DNA of 64,000 bases from Bacilli bacterium (lineage in GTDB: Bacteria > Bacillota_I > Bacilli_A > ML615J-28 > CAG-698): positions 1,689 through 65,688 of the forward strand of contig JBFXJT010000003.1 in the NCBI GenBank assembly GCA_050174575.1, given 5' to 3'. The position numbers and the translations under genes are program-made. Position 1 is the first letter of the stretch; each line of letters starts with the position of its first letter. Of this stretch, positions 46,547 through 56,230 are shown piece by piece. The notes beneath the pieces are model-generated. The model did not search any database. It was given only the letters and a program-made list of their open reading frames with translations, and was not told the DNA's origin.

Positions 46547-48490
46547 ATGAGACTCATAAAAAGTTTATTTAGTTTGATGCTTTTTTGTTGTGTGTTATTT
46601 TTTTGCTTTCATGTAAACACGAATGCTCATTTAATGAGTGTTGTAAAAGTAGAAACAATTAAAAGTGGAACAGTTACAGATGGTGTTTATTATGAAAGTT
46701 TCAAAGGTACTACAACGAATGATGCCCAAACTATTAGTAATCAACGTATTAGCTGGGTAAAAAAAGAAGCAAGCGCTAATGCAAAAATCGTTGCTTGGAG
46801 CAAACTAGGAAAAACAGGTATTGTTGGAGCTAATTTATTAGCATTAGCTCTTGATTTTGAAACGAACAATCCCGGATGGCATGTTTTAGCAGGAATCAAC
46901 GGAGATTATTATGATCCTACAACAAAAACACCAATCAATGCCCTTGTTCAACAAGGAGATGTTGTAAAAGCAACAAACTTTTCACTTTCACGTTATTTTT
47001 CTGTGGGGTTTTTAGATAATAGCCAAAGTTATATGTCTTCGAAAATAAACATATCCGAAAGTAAATATGCCCTAAGTATTTATGATGATACAAACACCCA
47101 AATTATATCGGAAGTACTGATTCAGGGGATAAATACTTTTCCAAGCGCAGGACAAACAAGCATATACTTTAATAGTCCATACCCATATCAGATTGCAAAT
47201 GCTCGTTATTTTCGTATTAACGATTTAGAACATGTAATTAATTACGGATCATATTTGTTTAAAGGAACTGTTTTTGAAGAAGTAGAAGATACTCAAACAG
47301 ACTTAAATGAATTAGTAATTGTGTCGTTGGATGAAGAAGTACAAACTTTATTGGCAAATAATCCCTCTATTCGGATTCAAAAACATTTAAAAGAAGCAAA
47401 CAATGGTTTAGAAAATGTTATTGGTGTTGGCAGTCAGCCATTAAAAGATGGTACTATCCTTGAATTTGGTGAAATCAATGACCAAAATATTGATTTCGCA
47501 AAGCAAAGAGCACCAAGATCAACGATTGGTTTTACTGAAAATGGTGATTTTGTGATGTCAACCATTGATGGCCGGCAAGCACTGATGGCTGGTGCTGATC
47601 TACGTGAAGAAGCGATGGTTATGGAATCACTTGGATGTAAGCAAGCTTTTAATTTAGACGGTGGTGGTTCTACACAACTAATTGTTAGAGAAAATAATCA
47701 ATTAGTAATGTTAAATTCGCCTTCCGAAATATATCGAAGTAATGCTAATGGGTTATTGCTTGTGGAACCAGATGTTTATGTGGATGCTTCCATTACCGAT
47801 TTAAACATTTCTTCTCTTCATTTACAGTATTCTTTAACATCAAGCGAAGAAGTTATCATCAACAATCACACTTTGTATTTGAATAATGTGGCGATTGATT
47901 CAACCAGTGAAAATTTAACTGTCGATTCACTCATTTCATCAGGAATAAATTACTTATCAATCGTTGTGAAATACGAAAAACAAGGAATAATGTATGAACA
48001 TTGTTTATGGAGTGAACGCATCAACCTTGCAAATTATGGTTTTGTAGAAGAAGTTATTAAAGTAAAACCCCATAATTTTCAAATCGAATTTGTGAAAGAT
48101 GACACAATCAACGGTTTTAGCGCTATTGTTAATTTTGATGATCCCGATAAGACACTCACAAAACTTTATGTAGCATATGCTGATAATCAAGAGATTGCCA
48201 TTAAAGATTACCGTGGATATGTTGTCGATTTTTACAATGTTGCTAATCCAAGTTCGTTTACATTTTCCATTATTTATTATTATCGGATAAATACCATAAA
48301 TGCTGTTTTCGAAACTTTTGAAACAACATTCCCCTATACTTATGAGGTAATTGATGATCCGATTATTGAACCAGAACCAGATCCGGAAGAAAAGCCAAAA
48401 GGATGTTTGCAACAAACAACCATCATGCCATTTTCGGCCTTGTTATTAGGAATATTTCTCTTGTGGAAAAAGGGACGCAAAAATGGTTAA
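46547..48490 (+). CDS. Secreted phosphodiester glycosidase family protein (NAGPA/uncovering-enzyme-like domain, DUF2233) with C-terminal beta-rich domains, an acidic Pro linker and a membrane anchor
   Basis: Carries a signal peptide and the hallmark 'FNLDGGGSTQL' motif of the phosphodiester glycosidase domain. The C-terminus is 'IIEPEPDPEEKPKGCLQQTTIMPFSALLLGIFLLWKKGRKNG'. Confidence 0.65.
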   Translation: MRLIKSLFSLMLFCCVLFFCFHVNTNAHLMSVVKVETIKSGTVTDGVYYESFKGTTTNDAQTISNQRISWVKKEASANAKIVAWSKLGKTGIVGANLLALALDFETNNPGWHVLAGINGDYYDPTTKTPINALVQQGDVVKATNFSLSRYFSVGFLDNSQSYMSSKINISESKYALSIYDDTNTQIISEVLIQGINTFPSAGQTSIYFNSPYPYQIANARYFRINDLEHVINYGSYLFKGTVFEEVEDTQTDLNELVIVSLDEEVQTLLANNPSIRIQKHLKEANNGLENVIGVGSQPLKDGTILEFGEINDQNIDFAKQRAPRSTIGFTENGDFVMSTIDGRQALMAGADLREEAMVMESLGCKQAFNLDGGGSTQLIVRENNQLVMLNSPSEIYRSNANGLLLVEPDVYVDASITDLNISSLHLQYSLTSSEEVIINNHTLYLNNVAIDSTSENLTVDSLISSGINYLSIVVKYEKQGIMYEHCLWSERINLANYGFVEEVIKVKPHNFQIEFVKDDTINGFSAIVNFDDPDKTLTKLYVAYADNQEIAIKDYRGYVVDFYNVANPSSFTFSIIYYYRINTINAVFETFETTFPYTYEVIDDPIIEPEPDPEEKPKGCLQQTTIMPFSALLLGIFLLWKKGRKNG

Positions 48491-50012
48491 AATTGTATAT
48501 ATTCCCCTTGATGAACGCCCTTGTAATTATCAGTTTCCTACAAAAATATTTAACCAAAAAGATGTTGAAATAATTACTCCACCCCAATCAATAATGGGAT
48601 ACAAAAAGCAACCGACTGATATAGATCAATTAAGCGATTGGTTAATGACGAACACAAAACAAGCTTATGGATTAGTTGTTGCCCTTGATACGCTGCTTTA
48701 TGGAGGAATTGTTCCTTCTAGATTGCATCAGCTTCCCCTTAAAATCCTTTTAAAAAGATTACAAATTTTAAAAAAACTGAAAAAACAAAATCCTGAACTT
48801 CAAATTTTTGGGTTTCAGTTAATCATGCGTTGTCCTCAATATAATTCAGCCGATGAAGAACCTGAATATTTTAAAAACTATGGAAAAAGCATCCACATGT
48901 TGGGATACTATTCTCACATGAAAGAGCTAGGAATTCTTCCCAAAAAAGATCAGGAAAAACTAAACAATATTTTTGTCCCACAACCATTTTTAGATGATTT
49001 TGTCAATCGAAGAAAAGTGAATCAGCAAATGAATATCGCAGCCTTAAAACTAGTTTCAGAAGGCATTATATCATTTTTCACTTTCCCTCAAGATGACTCA
49101 TCAAAATTTGGTTGGACAGCAAAAGATCAAATTGTTATTAGAAAGTCTATAAAAAAACGTCATTTAATGCATCTTGTTTATATGTATCCTGGAGCGGATG
49201 AAGCGGGGAGTGTCCTTGTTAGTCGCATGGTCTGTCAATTTAAACAAGTAGTTCCAAAAGTATTAATAAGATATCCCGGTCCAAGTTGCGCAAAAATCAT
49301 TCCCTCAATCGAAGACCGTTATTTAGATACTATGGTTAAATATCACGTTTTAGCATGTGGAGGAATTATCGTCGATTCTTTGAAAGAATGTGATGCTGTT
49401 GCTTTTATTAATGCACCGGCAGATTATATGCGTTCATCATTTTCTAGAGAGGCTCCTAAACATGGATTAGAAGTTTTAAGAAACATGGTTGAGGCAATGG
49501 AGTTTTTGGATTATGCCCGTCACCAAAACAAAGTCATAATCATCGGTGATATTACTTATGGAAACGGTAGCGATCTTGAAATCTTCCATTTACTATCACA
49601 AAAACAAATGACATTTGATTTGGCAGGTTTTGGAGGATGGAATACAGCCTCAAATGCGATTGGTCAGGCTATTGCCATGGGATTTTCATTCTTAATAAAC
49701 GGTTGCACAGAAAGCCATTTGAACTTTTTAGTAAGTCGTTATATTGAGGATATTTGTTATTGTGGTTATGTTCGTCAAATCGTTATGAAAAATTTTTTAC
49801 CAAAGCATCCACAACTTGATTATTTTAATGTAATGGAAAAAAATGGACTTGTTGCTCAAGAAGTTGCAAGACAATTAAACTTATTCATCAAAAAGAACAT
49901 GCCTCAATTGTGGGACCATGGAAAAATCATCAAAGTTGAATTACCGTGGAAAAGGATGTACGAAATCGATTTAGAAGCTATTTATCAAGAGGATAATAAA
50001 AAAAGCATGTAA
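48483..50012 (+). CDS. Uncharacterised cytoplasmic protein, paralog C of the ~500 aa DUF4127-like family
   Basis: 'VKIVYIPLDERPCNYQFP' and 'GGWNTASNAIGQAIAMG' are present. It is collinear with paralog B (~45-50% identity), and its start overlaps the upstream stop. Confidence 0.5.
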   Translation: MVKIVYIPLDERPCNYQFPTKIFNQKDVEIITPPQSIMGYKKQPTDIDQLSDWLMTNTKQAYGLVVALDTLLYGGIVPSRLHQLPLKILLKRLQILKKLKKQNPELQIFGFQLIMRCPQYNSADEEPEYFKNYGKSIHMLGYYSHMKELGILPKKDQEKLNNIFVPQPFLDDFVNRRKVNQQMNIAALKLVSEGIISFFTFPQDDSSKFGWTAKDQIVIRKSIKKRHLMHLVYMYPGADEAGSVLVSRMVCQFKQVVPKVLIRYPGPSCAKIIPSIEDRYLDTMVKYHVLACGGIIVDSLKECDAVAFINAPADYMRSSFSREAPKHGLEVLRNMVEAMEFLDYARHQNKVIIIGDITYGNGSDLEIFHLLSQKQMTFDLAGFGGWNTASNAIGQAIAMGFSFLINGCTESHLNFLVSRYIEDICYCGYVRQIVMKNFLPKHPQLDYFNVMEKNGLVAQEVARQLNLFIKKNMPQLWDHGKIIKVELPWKRMYEIDLEAIYQEDNKKSM

Positions 50013-50030
50013 ACCTTTACAAACTCTTCT

Positions 50031-50059
50031 TGACTAGACAAGTAATTAAAGATATAATA
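50031..50059 (+). promoter_or_regulatory. Consensus sigma-A promoter (TTGACT-17-TATAAT) carrying the same TTGACTAGACA element as the 31570 promoter
   Basis: Read directly. It is followed by an AAGGAGG RBS and the ATG at 50089. Confidence 0.5.
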
Positions 50060-50088
50060 GAGTTATCATTAGACAAAGGAGGAAACTA

Positions 50089-53000
50089 ATGTCAAACATT
50101 AAAAAATTTCTATTTTTTCTATGTTTAATCATTGTGGCTTTTGCTGTCACTGCTTGTGGAACCGATGATATCGAGAACCCAAGTTTAGTGATCAATTCCC
50201 CAACGATTACGCATGTTGTAAACGAGGATGTTGATTTATTAGAAAACATCACGGCAACAGATAATGAAACAGTGGCTGATGACATTGTCATTGAAATATC
50301 CGATTTAGGTGGATATGACAAGACTAAAGTCGGCACGTATACAGTAACAATCAAGGCTACTGATAAAGCAGGAAACTCTATCACAGCAGACATTACTGTT
50401 ACAGTTACTGAAGAGCCTGTTTTAGATACTGAAGCACCAACGCTTACAATTGGCAAACCGAGCATTACTCATGAAATTAATGCGACTGTCGATTTATTAG
50501 CTGATGTCAGTGCAACTGACAACATCGATGCTGCTAGCGAAATTATAATTAGCATTTCTAATTATAATGGCTATGACAAGAGCGTCGAAGGGACTTATGA
50601 AATTACAGTAAAAGCTACAGATACTAGTGATAATTTCACTACCGGAACAATTACTGTAATTGTAAAAGAAGATATTTTACCACCAATGGTTACTGGTGCT
50701 GTTACAACAGTTACACAATTGGCTGGCGAAACAGTTGACCTTACTAAAGGGTTAGCCGGTGTTGATAATAAAGATGGCATAAATGTCATTTTTACAGTTA
50801 CCAATTTTAAAGATTACAATAAAGATGTACCAGGAACATACACGGTTGAAATTACTGCTTCCGATTCTTCCGACAACGAAGGGCTTCCGTTTAACCGAAC
50901 AGTTGTTGTAGAAGAAAGTTATGCTCGTGCAGAAATGACATCCTTTGCAGGCGATACTATTCGTTATGAAGCGTTATATAATCCTCAAATAATGAACAGC
51001 AATACCGCAACAGGTTACAATGCAGCATATGATGGTCATTATGTCAATGTTCTTTCTAAAGAATATCTTGAATGGATTATTGAATATGCTCCTGAACGTT
51101 TAGGCGCAGGTGTTGGTTGGAGTGTTATAGCTGTAACTGATGCTGATGAAAAGATTGTCTATGTTCGTCATTGGAATAGTGGAGAAGCTTACCATGATGA
51201 AGCAGGTAATCTAGTTTCTGCAAAATCTGTTAACTGGTCAACAGGAACAATCCGTACTTGGACTGAAGATGTTGGTGGTCAAGTTGTCGGCATGTCAAAT
51301 GCGAAATACAGTTCTGCAGAAATGGGCATGATGATGGCTAATATTAATGAATGGGTTCCAACTGGCGGACACGTCTTTATCTTTATCAATTGGTCAACAA
51401 TCGGTGAAGACGAAGGCGGAAATGTTGTTGGAATTGCCAACTCAGCAACAATGCCACGATCCATGGGTGCAAACTACATTATGTCAAGCGATGAAAATGG
51501 CGATGATGTCATGGATTATGCTATTGGTCGTACATTAAAAATCTTAGATAAACAATTAACTGATGAAACAATTCGTCAAAGTTTTGATGCAGCTAATCCA
51601 TTCCCAATTATTTCGATTCCAAGTGTTAGATATATAACATCAACGGGAATTTGGAAAAACCGCTATACAGAAACTGTTTATCTTGATGAATATAATCAAG
51701 AAAATCCTTTCAATCCTTTAAATGGCGTTACTGCCAATGATGGAAAAGGTAATGACATCACATCAACAGTTTCTTATAAACTATTCCGTTATCAAACAAC
51801 AGAAACTGCTTATGGATTAATGACTTCTCTTCCAATTGATGATCCTCGTTGGGCACAATATTTCGAAGATGCAGAATTATGGAAGAAAGAAGAAAATGAA
51901 GTAACATTAGAACAAGCAATGGTTGATGCTAATAATGATTACTATTTTGTTGTTCAATATCAAGTTACTGCTAACGAATTTACGGATACAGCTTATAAAT
52001 TAATTCAGATTAAAGCTTCAGTTCCAGATTATATTGATTTATATGGAACTACTGATTCGGTATTTTCTGAGGCAATGGGGATTCAACAACGTTTAGACAT
52101 GAATCCAAATCTTGAAGACTTTGGTTCGATGACTGCAACAGAAAAAGGTATTATTTATACAGCTTCCGCATTTAAAGATTTAACTACTTTCCCTGCTTTG
52201 GAAAAAGGTGTTATTGTTGTAGTTGATCCTTTCTATCGCATTCAATTAATCAGAATTGTTAATGGTATTGCTTTTGAAATGGATGCCACTGGCACAGCCA
52301 AAACGACCGATTTAACTTGGACTGCAAGTCAAATGTTTAGTGGGTTAGATACATTGGTTCCTGCTGGCGGGTATGTCATCGTTTATCCAGAAGGATTAGA
52401 TGGTTCCGTTTTAACAAAGGCCTTAAAAGCATACTATGATTATAATTATCAATCAGGTTTATTAACAGAAGCCCTTCCAACAAACGGAAAAGTTTCAATC
52501 GAAATGATCATTAAAGAAGTAAAAGAAGTATCCACATTCGTCGTTAATGATGTTGCTCCACAAATCTCCATCAATAACACTGATACTAATATTTTTGTTG
52601 TGGAAAACAACAAAGCATCGTTAGTATTCTCATCATCTGGTGGTGGCGCTGGATTCCGTTTGGATACTGGAAAAGCTTATTATTATACAAAAGCTGAATA
52701 CGCTGTTTTATCACAAAATACTGATGTTGTTACTTCATTTACAACACTAAGCCCGAACAAAGGTGTTCCTTGGTTCCGCGATGGCGTTATTATCGTTGTT
52801 GATTCAACTGGCAAGTTTGTACAAGCCCGTGTTATGACAACGAGCGCAGCTGCTGAAGTCCGTGTTGACGGAACAGTTGTTTATGGTAATGCTGCCGTTG
52901 TTGCCCTTAGTGAAACTGCGAAAACTGCTGCTGGAGAAGCTAACCTAACTTGGGATTTAGTTCTTCCAAACGCTGCTAACACTGTTGCTCATGGGCCACT

Positions 53001-55473
53001 TGCTGATATTCAATCAGTTATCCCTGATGGAGGAGCTTTCTATATTCTTCCAGGAACAGCCAATACTGCTGTTCGTAATTATGCTATTTCCTTAGTTTGG
53101 AACACTGCTTATCCAGGAAGTGGTATCATTGTTGATGCTACTTTAGCTGAACAACCTGTAGGTAATCCAAGTCCAGCAACAAATGGCTTTGATTTCACAA
53201 ACTATAATGCAGCATACTTTGCAGGATTAACATTTAAAGTTCAGTTCGTTTCAACCATAACTGCTAAGCCAGCAAAAATTGCTCGTCCTGTAGCGACAAT
53301 TACAGATAACGTTTTAGCTTGGGAACAAGTAGAAAACGCTGGAAGTTATGATGTTTATGTTGATGGTATCTTAAAAGCCTCAAATGTTGGCGAGTTATTA
53401 ACAGAAACGACAACATTTAACTATGATTTACGTTTATTAAAATTAGATGATCAAGTTCATACAATTCAAGTACGTGCTATTACAGCGAATGCTCAAACTG
53501 CATCAACTTCAGTATTATCCGATGCTGTTACAGTTCAATTTATCGCTTTAACAACACCAGCAAACTTAGTTGTCACTGATACTGTACTTTCGTGGGGTGT
53601 TGTCGATAAAGCATCAACTTATGAAATTTATGTTAATGATGTTTTAGTTGGCACATCGGAAACCAACAGTTTTGATCTAAAAGACTTCTTTGGATCATCT
53701 ACAAAAGATGTTCAAGTTAAAGCATTACCGGGTGATGTTGACAAAATGTATGTTGCTTCGCCATTATCAGACAAATTCCCATTTGGTGAACCAACAACAA
53801 CTTATTTAACATTAACACTTGAAACACAACATGTTACTTATACAACAGTTGACGAGTGGATGGTAAAACGTAATATTACGATTCCTAATGGTGGTTTCTC
53901 AGGTTCAAATGAAATCTTCTTAATTGAAGATGCTTATGCCTTTACAACATTTGCAACACCAACATCCTTAATTACTGTTAATGGAACGTTCTTGTTGTTT
54001 GGTGCTGATGGCAAATTAAAAGCTATTCGTACAATTATTGCTAATCATCAATGGTTAGCAACTAACGATCAATTAGTTAATAATGGTTGGACAACTGTTT
54101 CAACATATACAAATGGTCAAGTAAAAGTATCCGAAGTTACTCCATTATTAGCTGAAGGCGATTTCATCTTAGTGACAACTGCGGGAACAACAAAACAACC
54201 AGGTGCAACATTAAATGCCCGTGATTTCCTAGCTTATCACTTCATGGGTTCATGGGATACAACGATTGCAAGTAACGAAATTTGGCGCAAGACAATCGAT
54301 TTATTCTCCAATCCATCAACTGTTACTTACAAATTATCATCTTACCCTGTAACTTATTACTTAGCTTTAACTTTAGAAAGTCAACATGTTACTTATACAA
54401 CTGTTGATGAGTGGATGGTAAAACGTAATGTTACAATTCCTAATGGTGGTTTCTCAGGTTCAAATGAAATTTTCTATATTGAAGATGCTTTTGCCTTTAC
54501 AACATTTGCAACACCAACATCCTTAATTACTGCTAATGGAACGTTCTTGTTGTTTGGTGCTGATGGAAAATTAAAAGCTGTTAGAACAATCATCAATAAC
54601 CATCAATGGCTTGCAACAAATGATCCATTAGTTAACAATGGTTGGACAACTGTTTCAACATATACAACTGGTCAAGTAAAAGTATCCGAGGTTACCCCAT
54701 TATTAGCTGAAGGCGATTTCATCTTAGTGACAACTGCGGGAACAACAAAACAAGAGGGCGCAACATTAAATGCCCGTGATTTCTTAGCTTATCATTTCAT
54801 GGGTTCATGGGATACAACGATTGCTAGTAATGAAATTTGGCGCAAAACGATTGATCAATTCATCAATCCAACAGCCGTAACTTATTCTGTTGTTGGACGC
54901 CCATACATTAACAAATTAGCTTTAACCCTTGAAAACCAACAAATTGCTTTTACAACTGTCGATGAATGGATGGCAAAACGCAATATTGTTGTTGCTAGTG
55001 GTGGTTTTTCTGGATCAACCAATATTTTCTATATTGAAGATGCATATGCTTTTTCAACTTTTGCAACACCAACAGCTCTAATAACTGTTAATGGAACATT
55101 CTTACTATTTGGCGCTGATAACAAGTTAAAAGCAGTGCGCACTGTTCTTAATAACCATCAATGGTTAGCTACCAATGACCCGTTAGTTAATAACGGTTGG
55201 ACAATTGTCTCAACCTATACTTCAGGTCAAGTAAAGGTTCAAGAAATTACTTCCTTCTTAGCTGAAGGTGACTACATTATTCTATCGAACAATGTAACAT
55301 CTAAACAAGTAGGAGCAACCTTGACACCAAGAGATTTCTTAGCTTATCATTTCATGGGTCCATGGGATACTGCTGTTGCAAGTAACGAAATTTGGCGCAA
55401 GACAACTTTTGAAACATTTATTAATCCTTCAACTGTTACTTTCGCAATTAAGAAAGTTGTTGTAACTTTCTAA
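50089..55473 (+). CDS. Giant surface lipoprotein (1794 aa) with three N-terminal Ig-like domains (DUF5011-type), a central multi-domain region, two FN3-like domains and three C-terminal tandem ~183 aa repeats
   Basis: Lipobox 'AVTACG'. Three ~95 aa Ig-like modules each carry 'VDLL...ATDN' and 'GTY.VT.KATD..GN'. A recurring '(I/V)P.GG' beta-sandwich-like module appears ~6 times, and the C-terminus is a triplicated domain. Confidence 0.7.
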   Translation: MSNIKKFLFFLCLIIVAFAVTACGTDDIENPSLVINSPTITHVVNEDVDLLENITATDNETVADDIVIEISDLGGYDKTKVGTYTVTIKATDKAGNSITADITVTVTEEPVLDTEAPTLTIGKPSITHEINATVDLLADVSATDNIDAASEIIISISNYNGYDKSVEGTYEITVKATDTSDNFTTGTITVIVKEDILPPMVTGAVTTVTQLAGETVDLTKGLAGVDNKDGINVIFTVTNFKDYNKDVPGTYTVEITASDSSDNEGLPFNRTVVVEESYARAEMTSFAGDTIRYEALYNPQIMNSNTATGYNAAYDGHYVNVLSKEYLEWIIEYAPERLGAGVGWSVIAVTDADEKIVYVRHWNSGEAYHDEAGNLVSAKSVNWSTGTIRTWTEDVGGQVVGMSNAKYSSAEMGMMMANINEWVPTGGHVFIFINWSTIGEDEGGNVVGIANSATMPRSMGANYIMSSDENGDDVMDYAIGRTLKILDKQLTDETIRQSFDAANPFPIISIPSVRYITSTGIWKNRYTETVYLDEYNQENPFNPLNGVTANDGKGNDITSTVSYKLFRYQTTETAYGLMTSLPIDDPRWAQYFEDAELWKKEENEVTLEQAMVDANNDYYFVVQYQVTANEFTDTAYKLIQIKASVPDYIDLYGTTDSVFSEAMGIQQRLDMNPNLEDFGSMTATEKGIIYTASAFKDLTTFPALEKGVIVVVDPFYRIQLIRIVNGIAFEMDATGTAKTTDLTWTASQMFSGLDTLVPAGGYVIVYPEGLDGSVLTKALKAYYDYNYQSGLLTEALPTNGKVSIEMIIKEVKEVSTFVVNDVAPQISINNTDTNIFVVENNKASLVFSSSGGGAGFRLDTGKAYYYTKAEYAVLSQNTDVVTSFTTLSPNKGVPWFRDGVIIVVDSTGKFVQARVMTTSAAAEVRVDGTVVYGNAAVVALSETAKTAAGEANLTWDLVLPNAANTVAHGPLADIQSVIPDGGAFYILPGTANTAVRNYAISLVWNTAYPGSGIIVDATLAEQPVGNPSPATNGFDFTNYNAAYFAGLTFKVQFVSTITAKPAKIARPVATITDNVLAWEQVENAGSYDVYVDGILKASNVGELLTETTTFNYDLRLLKLDDQVHTIQVRAITANAQTASTSVLSDAVTVQFIALTTPANLVVTDTVLSWGVVDKASTYEIYVNDVLVGTSETNSFDLKDFFGSSTKDVQVKALPGDVDKMYVASPLSDKFPFGEPTTTYLTLTLETQHVTYTTVDEWMVKRNITIPNGGFSGSNEIFLIEDAYAFTTFATPTSLITVNGTFLLFGADGKLKAIRTIIANHQWLATNDQLVNNGWTTVSTYTNGQVKVSEVTPLLAEGDFILVTTAGTTKQPGATLNARDFLAYHFMGSWDTTIASNEIWRKTIDLFSNPSTVTYKLSSYPVTYYLALTLESQHVTYTTVDEWMVKRNVTIPNGGFSGSNEIFYIEDAFAFTTFATPTSLITANGTFLLFGADGKLKAVRTIINNHQWLATNDPLVNNGWTTVSTYTTGQVKVSEVTPLLAEGDFILVTTAGTTKQEGATLNARDFLAYHFMGSWDTTIASNEIWRKTIDQFINPTAVTYSVVGRPYINKLALTLENQQIAFTTVDEWMAKRNIVVASGGFSGSTNIFYIEDAYAFSTFATPTALITVNGTFLLFGADNKLKAVRTVLNNHQWLATNDPLVNNGWTIVSTYTSGQVKVQEITSFLAEGDYIILSNNVTSKQVGATLTPRDFLAYHFMGPWDTAVASNEIWRKTTFETFINPSTVTFAIKKVVVTF
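53800..55470 (+). repeat. Three tandem intragenic repeats of ~550-560 bp (R1 53800-54349, R2 54350-54907, R3 54908-55470)
   Basis: R1 and R2 are ~90-95% identical at the nucleotide level, with identical runs exceeding 50 nt. R3 is ~75% identical. Each encodes a copy of the 'VDEWMVKRN..IPNGGFSGS...LAEGDFILV...ARDFLAYHFMG.WDT' domain. Confidence 0.85.
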
Positions 55474-55491
55474 TATCAATCAATGATTAAG

Positions 55492-55519
55492 TGAATAAGT
55501 CGAGGAGCAATCCTCGACT
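55492..55519 (+). other. Strong 12-bp stem-loop (ATAAGTCGAGGA-gcaa-TCCTCGACTTAT) without a U-tract, between the giant lipoprotein gene and the downstream transporter genes
   Basis: Read directly. No T-run follows, so it is not a canonical intrinsic terminator. Confidence 0.35.
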
Positions 55520-55542
55520 TATCGTTAATCACGGAGGACAAA

Positions 55543-56205
55543 ATGAAATTTGAAAAATTATTTAATAGCAAGTTCTATATGTTTTTTGAATGGCTATATC
55601 GGATGATTATCATTAATTTGTTATTTATTTTATGCTCCGTACTTGGTCTTATTGTCTTTTCGATTGTCCCTTCGTTTATTGCAATGATTACTATTATAAA
55701 ATCGTTGTCTACGGAAACCTCATTTCCGATTGTTCGACCTTTTTTTCGGATTTTCTTAAAACACTTTAAACAAAATATAGTTTTATCATTAGTTTTTTTA
55801 GTGCTTACTTTGATGTTTTTGTTTAATACTTATTTTTTCTTTCTCGCTTGGCAAGAATATCAAGCCTTAATCAATGAAATAATTTTTAATTTTACGCTAG
55901 TATTAGATGGAATTTTAATTGTATCATTCATTAATGCTTTATTTATTAGGGTTTATTTCCCTAATTTAAACACTTTAAAAACACTAAAATATGCCATAAT
56001 TTTGTTAAGAGCAATGCCAATGCAATTCTTGTTGGTGTTCTTATTGTTAATTGTCATGGCTGTTTTACTTTATTATTTCCCTTACTTTTTAATTATTATG
56101 GGATTTTCAATCGTCATTTATATTGTCAATTTATTAATAAGAACAAAATATTCCAAGCTTGTTGCAACGGGAGTAATCTCGCTTCAAGCACAAGATTATT
56201 TATAA
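55543..56205 (+). CDS. YesL-like membrane protein (DUF624), second copy
   Basis: The N-terminal 'FFEWLYRMIIINLLFILCSVLGLIVFSIVPSFIAMITII' pattern and TM layout resemble the 33251 product. Confidence 0.55.
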   Translation: MKFEKLFNSKFYMFFEWLYRMIIINLLFILCSVLGLIVFSIVPSFIAMITIIKSLSTETSFPIVRPFFRIFLKHFKQNIVLSLVFLVLTLMFLFNTYFFFLAWQEYQALINEIIFNFTLVLDGILIVSFINALFIRVYFPNLNTLKTLKYAIILLRAMPMQFLLVFLLLIVMAVLLYYFPYFLIIMGFSIVIYIVNLLIRTKYSKLVATGVISLQAQDYL

Positions 56206-56230
56206 AAAGGACTTGTGAAAGGAAGGACTT

